Origin: Thermoproteota archaeon
GTDB taxonomy: Archaea; Korarchaeota; Korarchaeia; Korarchaeales; JAOZGB01
Length of the DNA stretch: 64,000 nucleotides
Assembly: GCA_037917685.1 (NCBI GenBank)
Contig: JAVCBU010000012.1
Coordinates: forward strand, 64,001-128,000
Reading direction: 5' to 3'
Notes under the pieces: generated by a model
Told to the model about the DNA's origin: nothing
Databases searched by the model: none
Seen by the model: only the letters and a program-made list of their open reading frames with translations
Made by a program: the position numbers and the translations under genes
In this document: one piece after another, positions 9,608 to 20,082 of the stretch
Numbering within the stretch: the stretch's first letter is position 1
Layout of the letters: each line of letters starts with the position of its first letter

Positions 9608-10177
9608 CTATGGGGTCTCAAGTTCCTTTAGCCTTTTATTAATCCTGTTTAGTTCTTCCTCCAACTCTTTCTTTAAGATGTCTCTGACATCCTGTTGCAT
9701 AGCGCCTGGGACACCTATGCTTCTTAGTCTCCTAAGTATTTGCAGCTTTCTCTTTTTGAGAGCTATCTGGTCATGGTTTTCAAGGTAGTACTTCATCGCT
9801 TCGTTTATGAGCTGGCCGACGGGGACTCCTTTTTTCGCCGCAAGCTTGCGCATACGCATGTAGAGGTTTCTGTTAAGATTCCTTATTGGGATGGGGTGAG
9901 TGAAGCGTCTTATTAGTATTCTCTTACCCTCAGGGGCAATCATATATTCTTCAATGTTTCTCTCTATTCTCCTGCCCAGCCTCCTCTCTATGAGGTTTTC
10001 TATCTTTTCCTCTATAATCCTTTCCAACATTTCATCGATCTTGCCGGCGACGGCTTCCTCTATTTCTTTCTCTACGAGTTCCTTCCTTTCCTCTTCTTCT
10101 CCTTCTCCACTCTTGTCTTTATCCCTGTTTTTCCCAGGTTCTTCCCTCTCCAGCCCCATGCACATCCTGTTATACAT
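9608..10177 (-). CDS. Coiled-coil protein with a ribbon-helix-helix DNA-binding domain
   Basis: Charged E/K/R-rich N-terminus, then IPIRNLNRNLYMRMRKLAAKKGVPVGQLINEAMKYYLE, matching the RHH/CopG pattern. Confidence 0.65.
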   Translation of the reverse strand: MYNRMCMGLEREEPGKNRDKDKSGEGEEEERKELVEKEIEEAVAGKIDEMLERIIEEKIENLIERRLGRRIERNIEEYMIAPEGKRILIRRFTHPIPIRNLNRNLYMRMRKLAAKKGVPVGQLINEAMKYYLENHDQIALKKRKLQILRRLRSIGVPGAMQQDVRDILKKELEEELNRINKRLKELETP

Positions 10178-10190
10178 ATACGTTATACAT

Positions 10191-11777
10191 TTATAAAATT
10201 TTCGTTAGTTTTGCCGTCGCAATCCTGAACGAAGCCAAACCCATAAGCATTGTTAGGGCTACCATCAGCAAAGACGTTAGAGAGGCCATTAGATCAAGTT
10301 TGAACAGCCATGAAACCAATGTAAGGATGGTTGATACGATCCATGCCGGAGCTATCCTACACATCTTCATTCTTAATAGGAAAGCTAAAGGCCAGAGGTA
10401 TGCCATACCTATGGCTAAGGACGCTATAAGGCCTATGGTTAGAACTGAGAATTCGCTCGGGCTTATCTTATCGTATGCGGTGGAAGATAATTTCAGTATC
10501 CCGATGAGGGGTTTCAGCCCTATCCTAACCCATGCTCTCAGCAACTCATGCTTCGATATGAATTCCGCAAGTTGGGGGCTGAATGCATAGTATAGCTTTT
10601 CGAATATCCATAGAAAACGTCCCCCGAGATAGGACCTCCTAATGACTCTGTCTCTGAAATCCTTAAGGAACACCACGTCAGGCATAAGTTCTGATCCGTA
10701 GGAGGCGGTCACTATAATACATCTTGACTCTTCGACAGTTATGCTGGTGGACTTCTCGTCTAGCCGGCTGCCTCCGCTTGAAAGCTCGATAGCCACCAGT
10801 TTTTCGCCGGGCTCTTGAAATGCCACCGTAAACGTCTGGTTCGCTGTGTCCCCGGGGCCTAAAACTTTGCTTTCCCTCTTTTCTTCGAGCCCTGACCTGA
10901 ATGTTATGGTGTACGTTGCTTCGATCGATCCTGTATTCTTGAATCTAACCTCTACGTTGAACGGTTCTCCAACTTTAACTTTTTCCGGGATGTTTATCTC
11001 TAATATTTTACCCTTGACGACTCCTGAGAAGACTACGACGCGGAAGCCATCTTTAACCCCCTGTCCTGCGGAGCTGTAGGTTAGTTCTACCTCTACAGGG
11101 ATTGGTCCCTCAACCGAAGGCCTGACTTCGAACGTGGCGGTCCATTCTTCCCCGGGTTCAAGCCTGTCTACGGCTGCTATGCCGCTTACGACTTTAACCT
11201 GAGATGTTTCCAGCAATTTGGCTTTAACATTTGCAGCTGCTCTCCCACCGCAGTTTATAATTGTAATCTTGAGCTCGGAGTCTACTCCTTTAGCTATTAG
11301 GATTGGTGAGTAGCTTTTACATCTGAGCCTTGGCTTGTACGGGTCTGGAGTCGCAGGTTTTATGTCTATGATGGTCTCAGCTGAGGCTGTATTTCCATAA
11401 TTGTCGGAGGCTATAAACTTTAGGGTGACATAGCCGCTTCTCCCTCCGGACATATAGGATTCTGTGGAAAACCTATGTAGGTAGAGGCCGGCCTGAGGAA
11501 GGCTGTATATTCCACGGCTTTCGCTTCTCCAGCCTTCACCCTCCTCCACTATCGTTACTTCTACCCTCCGATTAACATATACGTATATGAACCCTGCATA
11601 GGGTACTCTAAAGTCTCTAAAGTTCTCTTCCCCCCAGTAATAATAGTCTCTATCCGACCATACCGATATCTCAAGGGGGCTGGACTCGGGGGCATCTGGG
11701 ACTCCTACCATTAAGACAGGCTCGTATATTTGGAATGCAAGGATAAGTATGGGAATTACCAATACTGTCCTGTCCAC
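10191..11777 (-). CDS. Cell-surface protein with CARDB/Ig-like domains and a CFI-box-CTERM domain
   Basis: Signal peptide; NxGxxxA and LxPGE Ig-like repeats; C-terminal RCIIVTASYGSEL...LKDFRD...YY.FSPQLA followed by TM helices. Confidence 0.8.
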   Translation of the reverse strand: MDRTVLVIPILILAFQIYEPVLMVGVPDAPESSPLEISVWSDRDYYYWGEENFRDFRVPYAGFIYVYVNRRVEVTIVEEGEGWRSESRGIYSLPQAGLYLHRFSTESYMSGGRSGYVTLKFIASDNYGNTASAETIIDIKPATPDPYKPRLRCKSYSPILIAKGVDSELKITIINCGGRAAANVKAKLLETSQVKVVSGIAAVDRLEPGEEWTATFEVRPSVEGPIPVEVELTYSSAGQGVKDGFRVVVFSGVVKGKILEINIPEKVKVGEPFNVEVRFKNTGSIEATYTITFRSGLEEKRESKVLGPGDTANQTFTVAFQEPGEKLVAIELSSGGSRLDEKSTSITVEESRCIIVTASYGSELMPDVVFLKDFRDRVIRRSYLGGRFLWIFEKLYYAFSPQLAEFISKHELLRAWVRIGLKPLIGILKLSSTAYDKISPSEFSVLTIGLIASLAIGMAYLWPLAFLLRMKMCRIAPAWIVSTILTLVSWLFKLDLMASLTSLLMVALTMLMGLASFRIATAKLTKIL

Positions 11778-12057
11778 GTCTAAAATAGCGTTCTACCTAG
11801 ATTATTAAGGTGACGGTGCAGAAGTATTATGGGAAAGGGAAAAACACTCTCCTATAGGGATAAAGGATGTAGTTATCCCCCGATTTAGGTTAAAGGCACC
11901 CTGAGGCTTTATCCCTCCCAATACATATTCAGCTTATCATTTATCTAATTGTTAGACAAACTTTAATCTAGCTTGAAATTATCCCATTAATGGTTTTCCA
12001 CGGTTTCTCTGGATAGAAGCCTTTATGATTCATGGATGTTGAAAAAATGTGAGGGGT

Positions 12058-12957
12058 TTAAGAGTATTCTACTAACTCTGCTACAGTAACTACCTCCCCG
12101 GCCTGAGATTCCCATTTCACGGGCACTGGAACCCCTGGCGCTATCCAGTATGTAACGGTTTCGCCCGCAACCGTTGCAGTCCACTTATCACACGTGAATG
12201 TACCAGCCGGCACTGTAACTGTCTCTTTACCCTTGTAGGTGTATGTTATGCTGGGAGCTTCACCGGTACCAGGGGTTACGCCGGGTTGGGTGGCCTGGCC
12301 GCATGGGACTTCCATCTCCTGCCCGTTCATTATCATTACTGCATGTAGGCATTCCCCTGTAGCCTTGCTGGTCCAGACCTTGTATTGGAATGTTCCAAGG
12401 TCGGATTCCATTGTTACCTCCATTATCCAGCATTCCTGCCCGGACCAGCTTCCAGATGAGATTCTGTAGCTTACATATTGGGTTATAGACTGGCCTGCAG
12501 CTGTTGTGGTAATCTTATATTTAAAGTATGATAGTGCTTGGAAGTTGAATATGGTCGGTTGACCTGGGGTCTGCGTTCCAGGCGGGGTGCTCTGTGGAGG
12601 CGAAGACGGGGGAGGCGAGGTCGATGGAGGCGGGGTTGTCGGAGATGGCTTTGGTGGTTTAGGCGGTTTCTCTGTTTTTGGGGGTTTTGAGGTCTCTGGC
12701 GGGGGTGACGGCGTAGAAGTCGGTATAGGCTCTTCTTTACCTGATGTATACAGATAGTAGGCTATTCCCCCAGCTATGACGGCTATAAGGACAAGGGCAA
12801 GCACGGTTTTAACAGGGACTCCTGCACCAGTGCTTTTAACTCCTACGGATCCGCCGTACTTTGCAAGGATACTCCTGTATGTTTCTTCGCTGATTTCCCC
12901 CTTTCTATACGCTTCTTCAGCCCTCCTCAAAATTTCCTCCGGTGACTTCTCTGACAT
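12058..12957 (-). CDS. Membrane-anchored protein: SHOCT-like N-terminus, TM helix, Pro/Thr linker, beta-rich ectodomain
   Basis: EEAYRKGEISEETYRSILAKY; one TM helix; PPPET/PPKP linker; KETVTVPAGTFTC motif. Confidence 0.7.
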   Translation of the reverse strand: MSEKSPEEILRRAEEAYRKGEISEETYRSILAKYGGSVGVKSTGAGVPVKTVLALVLIAVIAGGIAYYLYTSGKEEPIPTSTPSPPPETSKPPKTEKPPKPPKPSPTTPPPSTSPPPSSPPQSTPPGTQTPGQPTIFNFQALSYFKYKITTTAAGQSITQYVSYRISSGSWSGQECWIMEVTMESDLGTFQYKVWTSKATGECLHAVMIMNGQEMEVPCGQATQPGVTPGTGEAPSITYTYKGKETVTVPAGTFTCDKWTATVAGETVTYWIAPGVPVPVKWESQAGEVVTVAELVEYS

Positions 12958-13117
12958 TTCGATCCATGTATATGATTATCCCCTAGCTTATAATAGTATT
13001 CTGAATGATTAATCTATACTTCCCCTCAGTATCAAGATTTAAGACTTTCAAATTAGGGCAGGAGATTCTTGTAGCATCATCGTATGGTTAATAACATTCC
13101 CTATAAATAGTTGAAAT

Positions 13118-14167
13118 ATGATGTTAGAAAATCTCGAGGTTAGGGTTGAAGTTTTCCTCGAACATAAGGGAAGTATAGTGATGGACGCAGCACTTGCAAG
13201 AGTTTTAATTGAGGTTGAAAGGAAGGGTTCTCTTCTAGCTGCATGTAGACAGCTAGGCCTAACCTATAGTAGGATATGGGATAGGATAGCCAGGGTTGAA
13301 AAACTAACTGGAACCAAGCTTCTCCAGTTAGTAAGAGGGGGTCGAGGAGGTGGTGGAGCAATATTAACAAGGGAAGCTAAAAAGCTGTTAGACTACTATT
13401 TGAAAGTCGCAAAGTTGAGAATGAAAGAGGGAGGAACATTTAGACCTCCTGACTTGATGGTTTCCGGAAGCCATGACCCTTTGCTCGAGGTAATGGTGGG
13501 CTCTCTTAGAAGGTTACGTCCTGAAGCTGAGATCCTGGTAAGCTGGGTTGGATCCGCTGGGGGGCTCGCCTCTCTCATGCTTGGAGACGCAGACGTGGTT
13601 GGGTCGCATCTACTTCATGGAGAGACAGGTGAGTATAATATACCCTTCCTCGACAGGTTTTGGCTTAGAGGTAAAGTATATGTGATTAGGGGATATAAGA
13701 GAGAGGTTGGATTTGTCTTTAGACCGGATACCATATTCAGCAGTGAAGCAGATATTTTAAATGGAAAGTTGAAAATTGTAAACCGGAATGTTGGCTCGGG
13801 GACGAGAATCATCATAGATAGCTTGCTACAGCAGGCAGCTTCGAAACTCGGTATAGATGAGCCTATCGAGAAAATAGTTAGGGGGTACAGGCACCAGGTG
13901 AAGACTCACATTGACGTGGCACGCTCTGTGGCCCAGGGCAAGGCTGACATTGGTGTTGCCCTGAGATATGTGGCTGAAATGTATGGTTTAGAGTTTAAAA
14001 CCATATGCTGGGAGTGGTATGACCTGGTAGTCCTTAAGGAAAGATATGACAAAAGACTGGTTAAAGCTCTGATAGATCTCCTCAGAAGCGATGAAATAAG
14101 AAGGAAAGAGTACAGGATGAAGGGGTACAGGTTTACAGAGGAATCTGGAACTGTAATATATCAATAG
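13118..14167 (+). CDS. ModE-type HTH fused to a PBP-like molybdate/tungstate-binding domain
   Basis: GSLLAACRQLGLTYSRIW...RGGRGGGGAILT; GSHD, GSAGGL, NRNVGSGTR, GKADIG. Confidence 0.88.
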   Translation: MMLENLEVRVEVFLEHKGSIVMDAALARVLIEVERKGSLLAACRQLGLTYSRIWDRIARVEKLTGTKLLQLVRGGRGGGGAILTREAKKLLDYYLKVAKLRMKEGGTFRPPDLMVSGSHDPLLEVMVGSLRRLRPEAEILVSWVGSAGGLASLMLGDADVVGSHLLHGETGEYNIPFLDRFWLRGKVYVIRGYKREVGFVFRPDTIFSSEADILNGKLKIVNRNVGSGTRIIIDSLLQQAASKLGIDEPIEKIVRGYRHQVKTHIDVARSVAQGKADIGVALRYVAEMYGLEFKTICWEWYDLVVLKERYDKRLVKALIDLLRSDEIRRKEYRMKGYRFTEESGTVIYQ

Positions 14168-14184
14168 CCTTTTCAGCTGTGAAT

Positions 14185-15156
14185 CTAGTCATTTAGTATC
14201 GGGATAGGCTCTGATTTCAGCTTTTTAACTATCCAGTTTCCTGGGTTGTCAACTCCTGGGGGTAGCCTTCCCCCGGCTAGGTGTGTATGGCCTCCACCAT
14301 TAAACCTCATTGCAAGCCTGTTACAGTCAACATTCACATCACGATCTCTAATACTTATTATCTCCCCGTTATCATAGTATCCAATGGCAAGATCCGAATC
14401 TGAATGTTTGAGAAGCCTCCAGGCCCCTAGGACTGGTGGTATGCATGTATCAAATCTTGATATGGTGAAAACATAGCCGGACACTCTAACCTTAAAATGA
14501 TTTTTAAGCGCTTCATCGTAGGCTTTCCTTATAATAGGAGTTTGTTTGTCCATGCAGGCTTGCATTTCAGCGTCCCACAGTATGCCCTTGGACAATTTAG
14601 AAATCAGGTGGAGTAAGGCGGGAGATTCGATATGTATGTCAGCATAGTGGTAGTAATTTATTAGGTGAGATAAGAGCCATGCGACTTTTCTTTTGACTGG
14701 GGGATAATCGCCTTCGTGAGCTAGGCTAGCCAGCATATCAGCTATAAGGTCTCCACCGTAGTACTGGGAGACTATTTCCGCGGCTGATACTCCTATCTGC
14801 ATCTCTAAGTCTATTCCCATACGCTCTACCATGCTTAGAGATTCCTTTGGCCAAATGTGATGGTCAAACCATAGAATCTTGAATCCTCTTTCTAAAGCCA
14901 TCCTAAGTACTGGAGATACCACTGATAGGAGACTATTCGGCAGTCCTAGATCAGATATGAATATTTTGCATGGTTCTAGCTTTGACAGTATCTTTTCTAC
15001 CGCTTTAAAGTATTCCAACCCGTAGTCTAATAGGTAGATTTTGGAGACCTGCTCGAATCTCACTATGATGGATGCAGAGGCTATTCCGTCGATGTCTCTC
15101 CTATGGCTGAACACTACAGCTTTTTGAATCCTGTTCACCCCTGATATATTTTCCAT
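14185..15156 (-). CDS. DHH/DHHA1 phosphoesterase
   Basis: H..DIDG, SDLG, DHH and GGGH..AGG motifs. Confidence 0.85.
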   Translation of the reverse strand: MENISGVNRIQKAVVFSHRRDIDGIASASIIVRFEQVSKIYLLDYGLEYFKAVEKILSKLEPCKIFISDLGLPNSLLSVVSPVLRMALERGFKILWFDHHIWPKESLSMVERMGIDLEMQIGVSAAEIVSQYYGGDLIADMLASLAHEGDYPPVKRKVAWLLSHLINYYHYADIHIESPALLHLISKLSKGILWDAEMQACMDKQTPIIRKAYDEALKNHFKVRVSGYVFTISRFDTCIPPVLGAWRLLKHSDSDLAIGYYDNGEIISIRDRDVNVDCNRLAMRFNGGGHTHLAGGRLPPGVDNPGNWIVKKLKSEPIPILND

Positions 15157-16574
15157 GTTACTCTTTGGATTTCATCTTTTATCTTAGTATAAAGAGTTTT
15201 TAGGTGTGGGTTAGGATTGTATGAGTCTGCGGGCTTTATAGCTTTTGAGGCAGCTTCTTCGAGGGGAACCTTGGCTGCGGCTGAGGCAGCAAGCATGGCT
15301 GACCCGAGCGCCGGCTCACCTTCAAGGATCCTTTCAACCTTTAATCCAGTGGCGTCTGCTATTATTTGGTTTTGAAGCTTACATTTTGACCCTCCACCGC
15401 AAATCTTCAGGGTAGTAGGTTTAGTGCCTGTTACTTCCTCGATGATTCCTAGGATTACAAGTAGAATAGCTGCGTTTCCCTCAAGGAACGACCTATATAT
15501 CCAGCCCGGCTTAAAATTCTCCTCTGAAATACCGGTTAGAAATCCTCTAACGGAAGGGTTCGGCCTGGGAACCCTGGTTCCCACCCATTCAGGTTGCCCC
15601 CTCAAACCACCACAGCCCGGGGGAACCTGTGATGCTAAACTCTCAAGTTCGTCATGGGAAAGCCCGAAGGCTTTTGAGACTGAGTCAAGCGGAATGGTTC
15701 CAGCATTCGTAGCCCCGCCTGTGAGATATGAGTTGTTAATGTAGCACTTATAGTATATTCTCCCCTCGATATCAGGCTCAGGCTTACTGACGACAGCATG
15801 AACCACAAGAGTTGTCCCAAGGTTAACGTTAACATGGCCAGGTGCAAGGCAGCCAGTAGCAATATCTCCTGCTGACGAGTCGGTAACAGAGTTGATCACA
15901 GGTGTGTCCTCAGGTAAACCCGTAAGCCTTGACACCTCACTACTAACGTATCCTACAACCTCGCCTATAGGCTTTACAGGAGGCATGAGATCCACGTCAA
16001 GCTCAACGTCCCTATAAGCCTCCTCCAGATAGTCCCAGCTCTTAACATCGATATGGCTCTTCCCAGCAGTATTGGGCGAAGTAGCAATACTTCCGGAAAG
16101 CTTCGCGACAAAATAGTCGCTCTCATGGAGTATTTTGTAGATCTTCTCGAAGTCTCGGAAGTTCCTCTTAAGCCATAAAACTTTTGGAATAGTAAGGTAA
16201 GGAGCTATAGGCAGGTAAGCCTCATATTCTCTAGCAGCCTGGCTTTTATCCCTTAGATACTCGGCTTCCCTGAGGGCCCTCTGATCACTGTACAACATTA
16301 TAGGATAAAGTGGGTTTAAGTTACGGTCAACAGGAACGATACTGCCGCTTGTACCGTCAACACACACAGCCTGCACGTCGCCGACATGATTTAGACCCTT
16401 AAACATTTCCACCATTCTTTCCCAAAGCGCATTCGCGTCACGCTCGACCCATCCTTCCCCTCTGCGGACAAGTAAATCTGAAATATCCACCCACTTACTC
16501 TCCACCACTGTGAAGTCTCCGTTAAGAACAACCATTTTAAGCCTTTTACTTCCTACATCAACCCCAAGATACAT
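15135..16574 (-). CDS. FGGY-family carbohydrate kinase
   Basis: LGVDVGS, DGTSGS, MLYSDQRA, PKVLWL, CGGGSK, LGSAMLAA. Confidence 0.9.
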   Translation of the reverse strand: MYLGVDVGSKRLKMVVLNGDFTVVESKWVDISDLLVRRGEGWVERDANALWERMVEMFKGLNHVGDVQAVCVDGTSGSIVPVDRNLNPLYPIMLYSDQRALREAEYLRDKSQAAREYEAYLPIAPYLTIPKVLWLKRNFRDFEKIYKILHESDYFVAKLSGSIATSPNTAGKSHIDVKSWDYLEEAYRDVELDVDLMPPVKPIGEVVGYVSSEVSRLTGLPEDTPVINSVTDSSAGDIATGCLAPGHVNVNLGTTLVVHAVVSKPEPDIEGRIYYKCYINNSYLTGGATNAGTIPLDSVSKAFGLSHDELESLASQVPPGCGGLRGQPEWVGTRVPRPNPSVRGFLTGISEENFKPGWIYRSFLEGNAAILLVILGIIEEVTGTKPTTLKICGGGSKCKLQNQIIADATGLKVERILEGEPALGSAMLAASAAAKVPLEEAASKAIKPADSYNPNPHLKTLYTKIKDEIQRVTWKIYQG

Positions 16575-16816
16575 GTCTAACCCGGATGAACTATGGTTTC
16601 TTTCAAGCTATAATGGTAACGTATCATGACGTAGGTGAAACTGTTATTTCTACATTTCTTAAAACCTATCGAGGATTGCCTAACCACTTCAAGTATCTGT
16701 TAGGTGCTATCGCATCTAATACTCTTCACAACAATCTCGTAGTATCTCCTAGGACAGCTTAATGGGGACTATTAAACTAACCGCTAAGGGTTCAAAATGG
16801 AACCTTGAGCCCACAG

Positions 16817-17179
16817 CTATTTAAAAGATACCAGCACTTGCTTTGCGTTCAACGACTTTTTGAACCTAGCAAGCTCAATTCTAGCAGCTTTATAGATGGA
16901 AGAGATTCCAACAAGCCATGAAACGTCATAGAAAAGCTCTATATTACATCCTTCCTTTGAACGCTGAAAGGTAACGGTTAGGGTCCTTAAGGCCCTACTC
17001 CAACGCCATGTACCGAATGCGTAGGTTAGCAGCTTGCTTCCAGCCTTGAATGTAAGTTTTAAGCCTTTTTCCTCGCTTACAAGTTTGTACCCGGAATCGA
17101 TGAAGAATTTCCTAACTTTGGGATATAGTTCATTACACTTACCACCTGTCAGGAATAGGACTCTAAGTTTACGCCCCAA
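16817..17179 (-). CDS. Hypothetical protein
   Basis: Co-oriented immediately downstream of the IIC gene; no family recognised. Confidence 0.55.
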   Translation of the reverse strand: MGRKLRVLFLTGGKCNELYPKVRKFFIDSGYKLVSEEKGLKLTFKAGSKLLTYAFGTWRWSRALRTLTVTFQRSKEGCNIELFYDVSWLVGISSIYKAARIELARFKKSLNAKQVLVSFK

Positions 17180-17213
17180 GATCAGTTATACCTCAAAAAG
17201 ATAGGGGAGATTA

Positions 17214-18614
17214 TTAACTCTCCTCCAGCTCTTTCGCAACAACCTTAGGCATGTCCTTGGCCCACCACCAGCAGCCGAAGTACAAGATGGCAGCTATGAT
17301 CCCCATCAGTAACCCCTTGAGGTTAAACTTCACGGCATTGATAAATATAGTCATTATGATCCATGGGAAGATGTGAGCACCAGCGTCGAGGCTTGACACC
17401 ACCTGGGCTCCAGGTGGAAGCTCATAGTTTATAGCCTTAGCAGCATCAGTTAAGGGACCTGCAAAGCTGTTAGTAAATGCCATAACCAGCAGTGAAACTA
17501 TGAAACCGTTTATCAATCCCTTGATCAGGTTGCCGCCACTGGACGCCAACGACCACATTATGAGCACAGGTATGATGGCTAGGTCAGCAAGCGGTAGAAT
17601 CCTGTTGCCTGGCAGGAAAGTCATAGCAACATACACAGGGATCAGTATCAGTCCTGCAGCCACTGCAGATGGGCTTGCCAGACCTACCGGCCCAGCGTCG
17701 ATACCAATGTAAATCTCACGACCCTTAAACCTCTCGGACTTCGAGAAGAACTCGCTAATACCATCCGCAATAGGCATTAGACCCTCCATCAAGATTCCAA
17801 TCATCCTACCTTCTAGAAGCAACAGTGCACCAGTATAGATGGCAAGCTCGTACACCTTGCTAAGCTGCAGGCCATATGCGAGGAAGCCGAGGAACAGGCC
17901 AACATAGACTCCAAGCATCATAGGTTCTCCGAAGAAGCCAAGCTTCTCTCTTATAGATTCAGGGTCAGCCTTTATATCCTGAATACCAGGAATCTTCCTT
18001 ATAATCTTGTCCAAGGCAAAGGTTACAGGAGCCCAGTTAGTGGTCTCGGTATGAGGAAGCGAAGTACCAGGAATATCGAAGAACGGCTGACTAGTAGGAA
18101 CAATCCAGTCAGCCAGGAGCAATATGACAATCTCAGTAATAATAGCTGCGATAATACCAAGGATAGCGCTGCCGGTTGCAAACTGCACCATAACAGCCGT
18201 AAACGCCCAATGCCAGTAATTCCAAAGGTCAGCATCGAAAGTTTTCGTCCAATTGAACAGTAGCATAATTACGTTTACTATGAAGCCTATGGGTATTATT
18301 AAGGGGGCTATTTTGGATGCCCATGTAATTGCTGATGTTAGGGGCCAACCTATGTCCAAACCTGCCAGTTGAATACCCGTCCGGTTAACCATTTGCTGGA
18401 CTGCCGGGCCTAGGACTCCGAATACTGCGCCTAGAACTGCAAAGATTCCCACGAATGCTACTCCCACCGTGACTGCCGATCTCAGGGATTTTCCTATCGG
18501 CTGCCTAAAGATTATTGAGAGTAGGAACAGTATTATTGGCATCATTAAGGCTGGTCCGAAGCCTAGGATTGTCTGAATAAGCTGGGTTAGCCATTCTACT
18601 TGAAACGGGAGCAT
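17214..18614 (-). CDS. gatC: PTS galactitol-family IIC component
   Basis: LDIGWP..SAITWAS, TFDADLWNYWHWAF, GFFGEP, EGLMPI, YIGID, LPGNRILPLADL. ATG at 18614 is in frame and preferred to 18665. Confidence 0.92.
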   Translation of the reverse strand: MLPFQVEWLTQLIQTILGFGPALMMPIILFLLSIIFRQPIGKSLRSAVTVGVAFVGIFAVLGAVFGVLGPAVQQMVNRTGIQLAGLDIGWPLTSAITWASKIAPLIIPIGFIVNVIMLLFNWTKTFDADLWNYWHWAFTAVMVQFATGSAILGIIAAIITEIVILLLADWIVPTSQPFFDIPGTSLPHTETTNWAPVTFALDKIIRKIPGIQDIKADPESIREKLGFFGEPMMLGVYVGLFLGFLAYGLQLSKVYELAIYTGALLLLEGRMIGILMEGLMPIADGISEFFSKSERFKGREIYIGIDAGPVGLASPSAVAAGLILIPVYVAMTFLPGNRILPLADLAIIPVLIMWSLASSGGNLIKGLINGFIVSLLVMAFTNSFAGPLTDAAKAINYELPPGAQVVSSLDAGAHIFPWIIMTIFINAVKFNLKGLLMGIIAAILYFGCWWWAKDMPKVVAKELEES

Positions 18615-19005
18615 TCTTTCGACACCTGACAGACGCAAGCACGTTAGTAATATAAATGTTTTCATCCCAAGGACTGTGGATGCTATTTTCTGGTTGACAT
18701 GCTCATATCATCCAATATATTTATATATACATTTATTTGGAAGAGTTTTAGATTTTTATGCAATTTTTATGTTAATCAAAGTATACATCAAAATCGGGTA
18801 GTTTAAAAATCTACGCCATTTAAAAGGCGGTTGTCCACCATATTAAGTCGTAAGAAAGCTCCTAGTAAACTTTAGCAATTGTAGGGTATTATTTGTGGGT
18901 TGTTGAGACTTATCCTATTTTCGTTGATTATTTGAACCTGTTAGAACTAACATTTATAAGTTATTTTTGATGGTGTGTTTGTTAGAGTTTAAGGGGTGAA
19001 GATTA

Positions 19006-19320
19006 ATGGCTAAGTATATAATATATATTGCCTGTGGTTCTGCCGCTGCCTCCGCCAATGTCGTTAGAAGTAGGCTTGATCAAATGCTTAGAAACAAGGG
19101 TTTAAGGAACTTTGAGCTCAGAATTGCGAGGGTTGCAGAGCTCCCTAGTATTACACAGAGGGTTCATCCAGATCTAGTGATTATAACCGCTGGTAGCTAT
19201 TCTAGGACTGGTATTCCAGAGGACATTCCTGTGATCAGCGGGGTTCCTCTGATGACTATGGTTGGTGTTGATAAATTCGTGAATGAGGTAATTGAAACTC
19301 TAAAGAAGAAATCTAAGTAG
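19006..19320 (+). CDS. gatB: PTS galactitol-family IIB component
   Basis: IYIACGSAAASA P-loop with the phosphorylatable Cys; SD-like GGGGTGA upstream. Confidence 0.85.
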   Translation: MAKYIIYIACGSAAASANVVRSRLDQMLRNKGLRNFELRIARVAELPSITQRVHPDLVIITAGSYSRTGIPEDIPVISGVPLMTMVGVDKFVNEVIETLKKKSK

Positions 19321-19347
19321 TATAAGCCATGACAGTGGGTTTCCGTA

Positions 19348-19797
19348 TTGGAAGATATAATCATTGACACTAGGAAAGTGCTGAGTGATGACTGGGAAGG
19401 TGCTTTAAAGGAGCTTGCGGAGTATGCATTAAGTAAGGGCTATGTTAAGCCCAGCTATGTGAAGGCTCTGCTCGATAGGGAGGAGAAATATCCTACTGGA
19501 ATCTCGATTCCAAATGCGGTTAACGTTGCCATTCCACATGCTGAGGTAGAACATGTTTATAGGCAGGCTCTGATAATTGGCTATGGAGAGAAGCCGGTTA
19601 GGTTTGGAAATATTGAGGATCCAGATAGCACTGTTGATGTTGATGTTATTCTCCTTTTGATAATTAGCAACCCGGACGGGTATGTCCAGTTTCTCTCTAA
19701 GTTGACGCTTCTCTTTCAGGATAAGGACTTCATAGAGCTTGCTAGGTCTCGCAGGTATAGGGAGCTTGGGAAGCTTGTCGCGAAGAGATGCCTGTAG
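19348..19797 (+). CDS. gatA: PTS IIA component (Gat/Fru-type)
   Basis: GYVKPSYVKALLDREEKYPTG...VAIPHA with the phosphorylatable His. Confidence 0.88.
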   Translation: MEDIIIDTRKVLSDDWEGALKELAEYALSKGYVKPSYVKALLDREEKYPTGISIPNAVNVAIPHAEVEHVYRQALIIGYGEKPVRFGNIEDPDSTVDVDVILLLIISNPDGYVQFLSKLTLLFQDKDFIELARSRRYRELGKLVAKRCL

Positions 19798-19806
19798 GGG
19801 ACTTGA

Positions 19807-20079
19807 ATGGTTGAGGCTACTGTTAAATTGCTTAATAAGGTCGGCCTCCATGCTAGACCTGCAAGCCTCTTTGTTCAGACTGCAAGGAAGTTTAAGTCAG
19901 CCATTAAGGTTAGGAAAGCCGGTGTAGACAGGGTTGTCGATGCTAAGAGTATTCTGGGTGTTCTCTCGCTTGGGGCTGAGATGGGTGATGTAATAACTAT
20001 TACAGCTGAGGGTGATGATGCTGAGTTAGCTGTGAAGACCCTTGTTGATCTCGTTAACAGTAAGTTTGGAGAGGAGTAG
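19807..20079 (+). CDS. ptsH: Phosphocarrier protein HPr
   Basis: GLHARPA (His15) and DAKSILGVLSLG (Ser46 site). Confidence 0.97.
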   Translation: MVEATVKLLNKVGLHARPASLFVQTARKFKSAIKVRKAGVDRVVDAKSILGVLSLGAEMGDVITITAEGDDAELAVKTLVDLVNSKFGEE

Positions 20080-20082
20080 TCT

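Noticed and set aside
16783-16810. GGTTCAAA-containing hairpin resembling a tRNA T-arm
   Set aside because: No cloverleaf can be built. It is only an imperfect hairpin after a stop codon.
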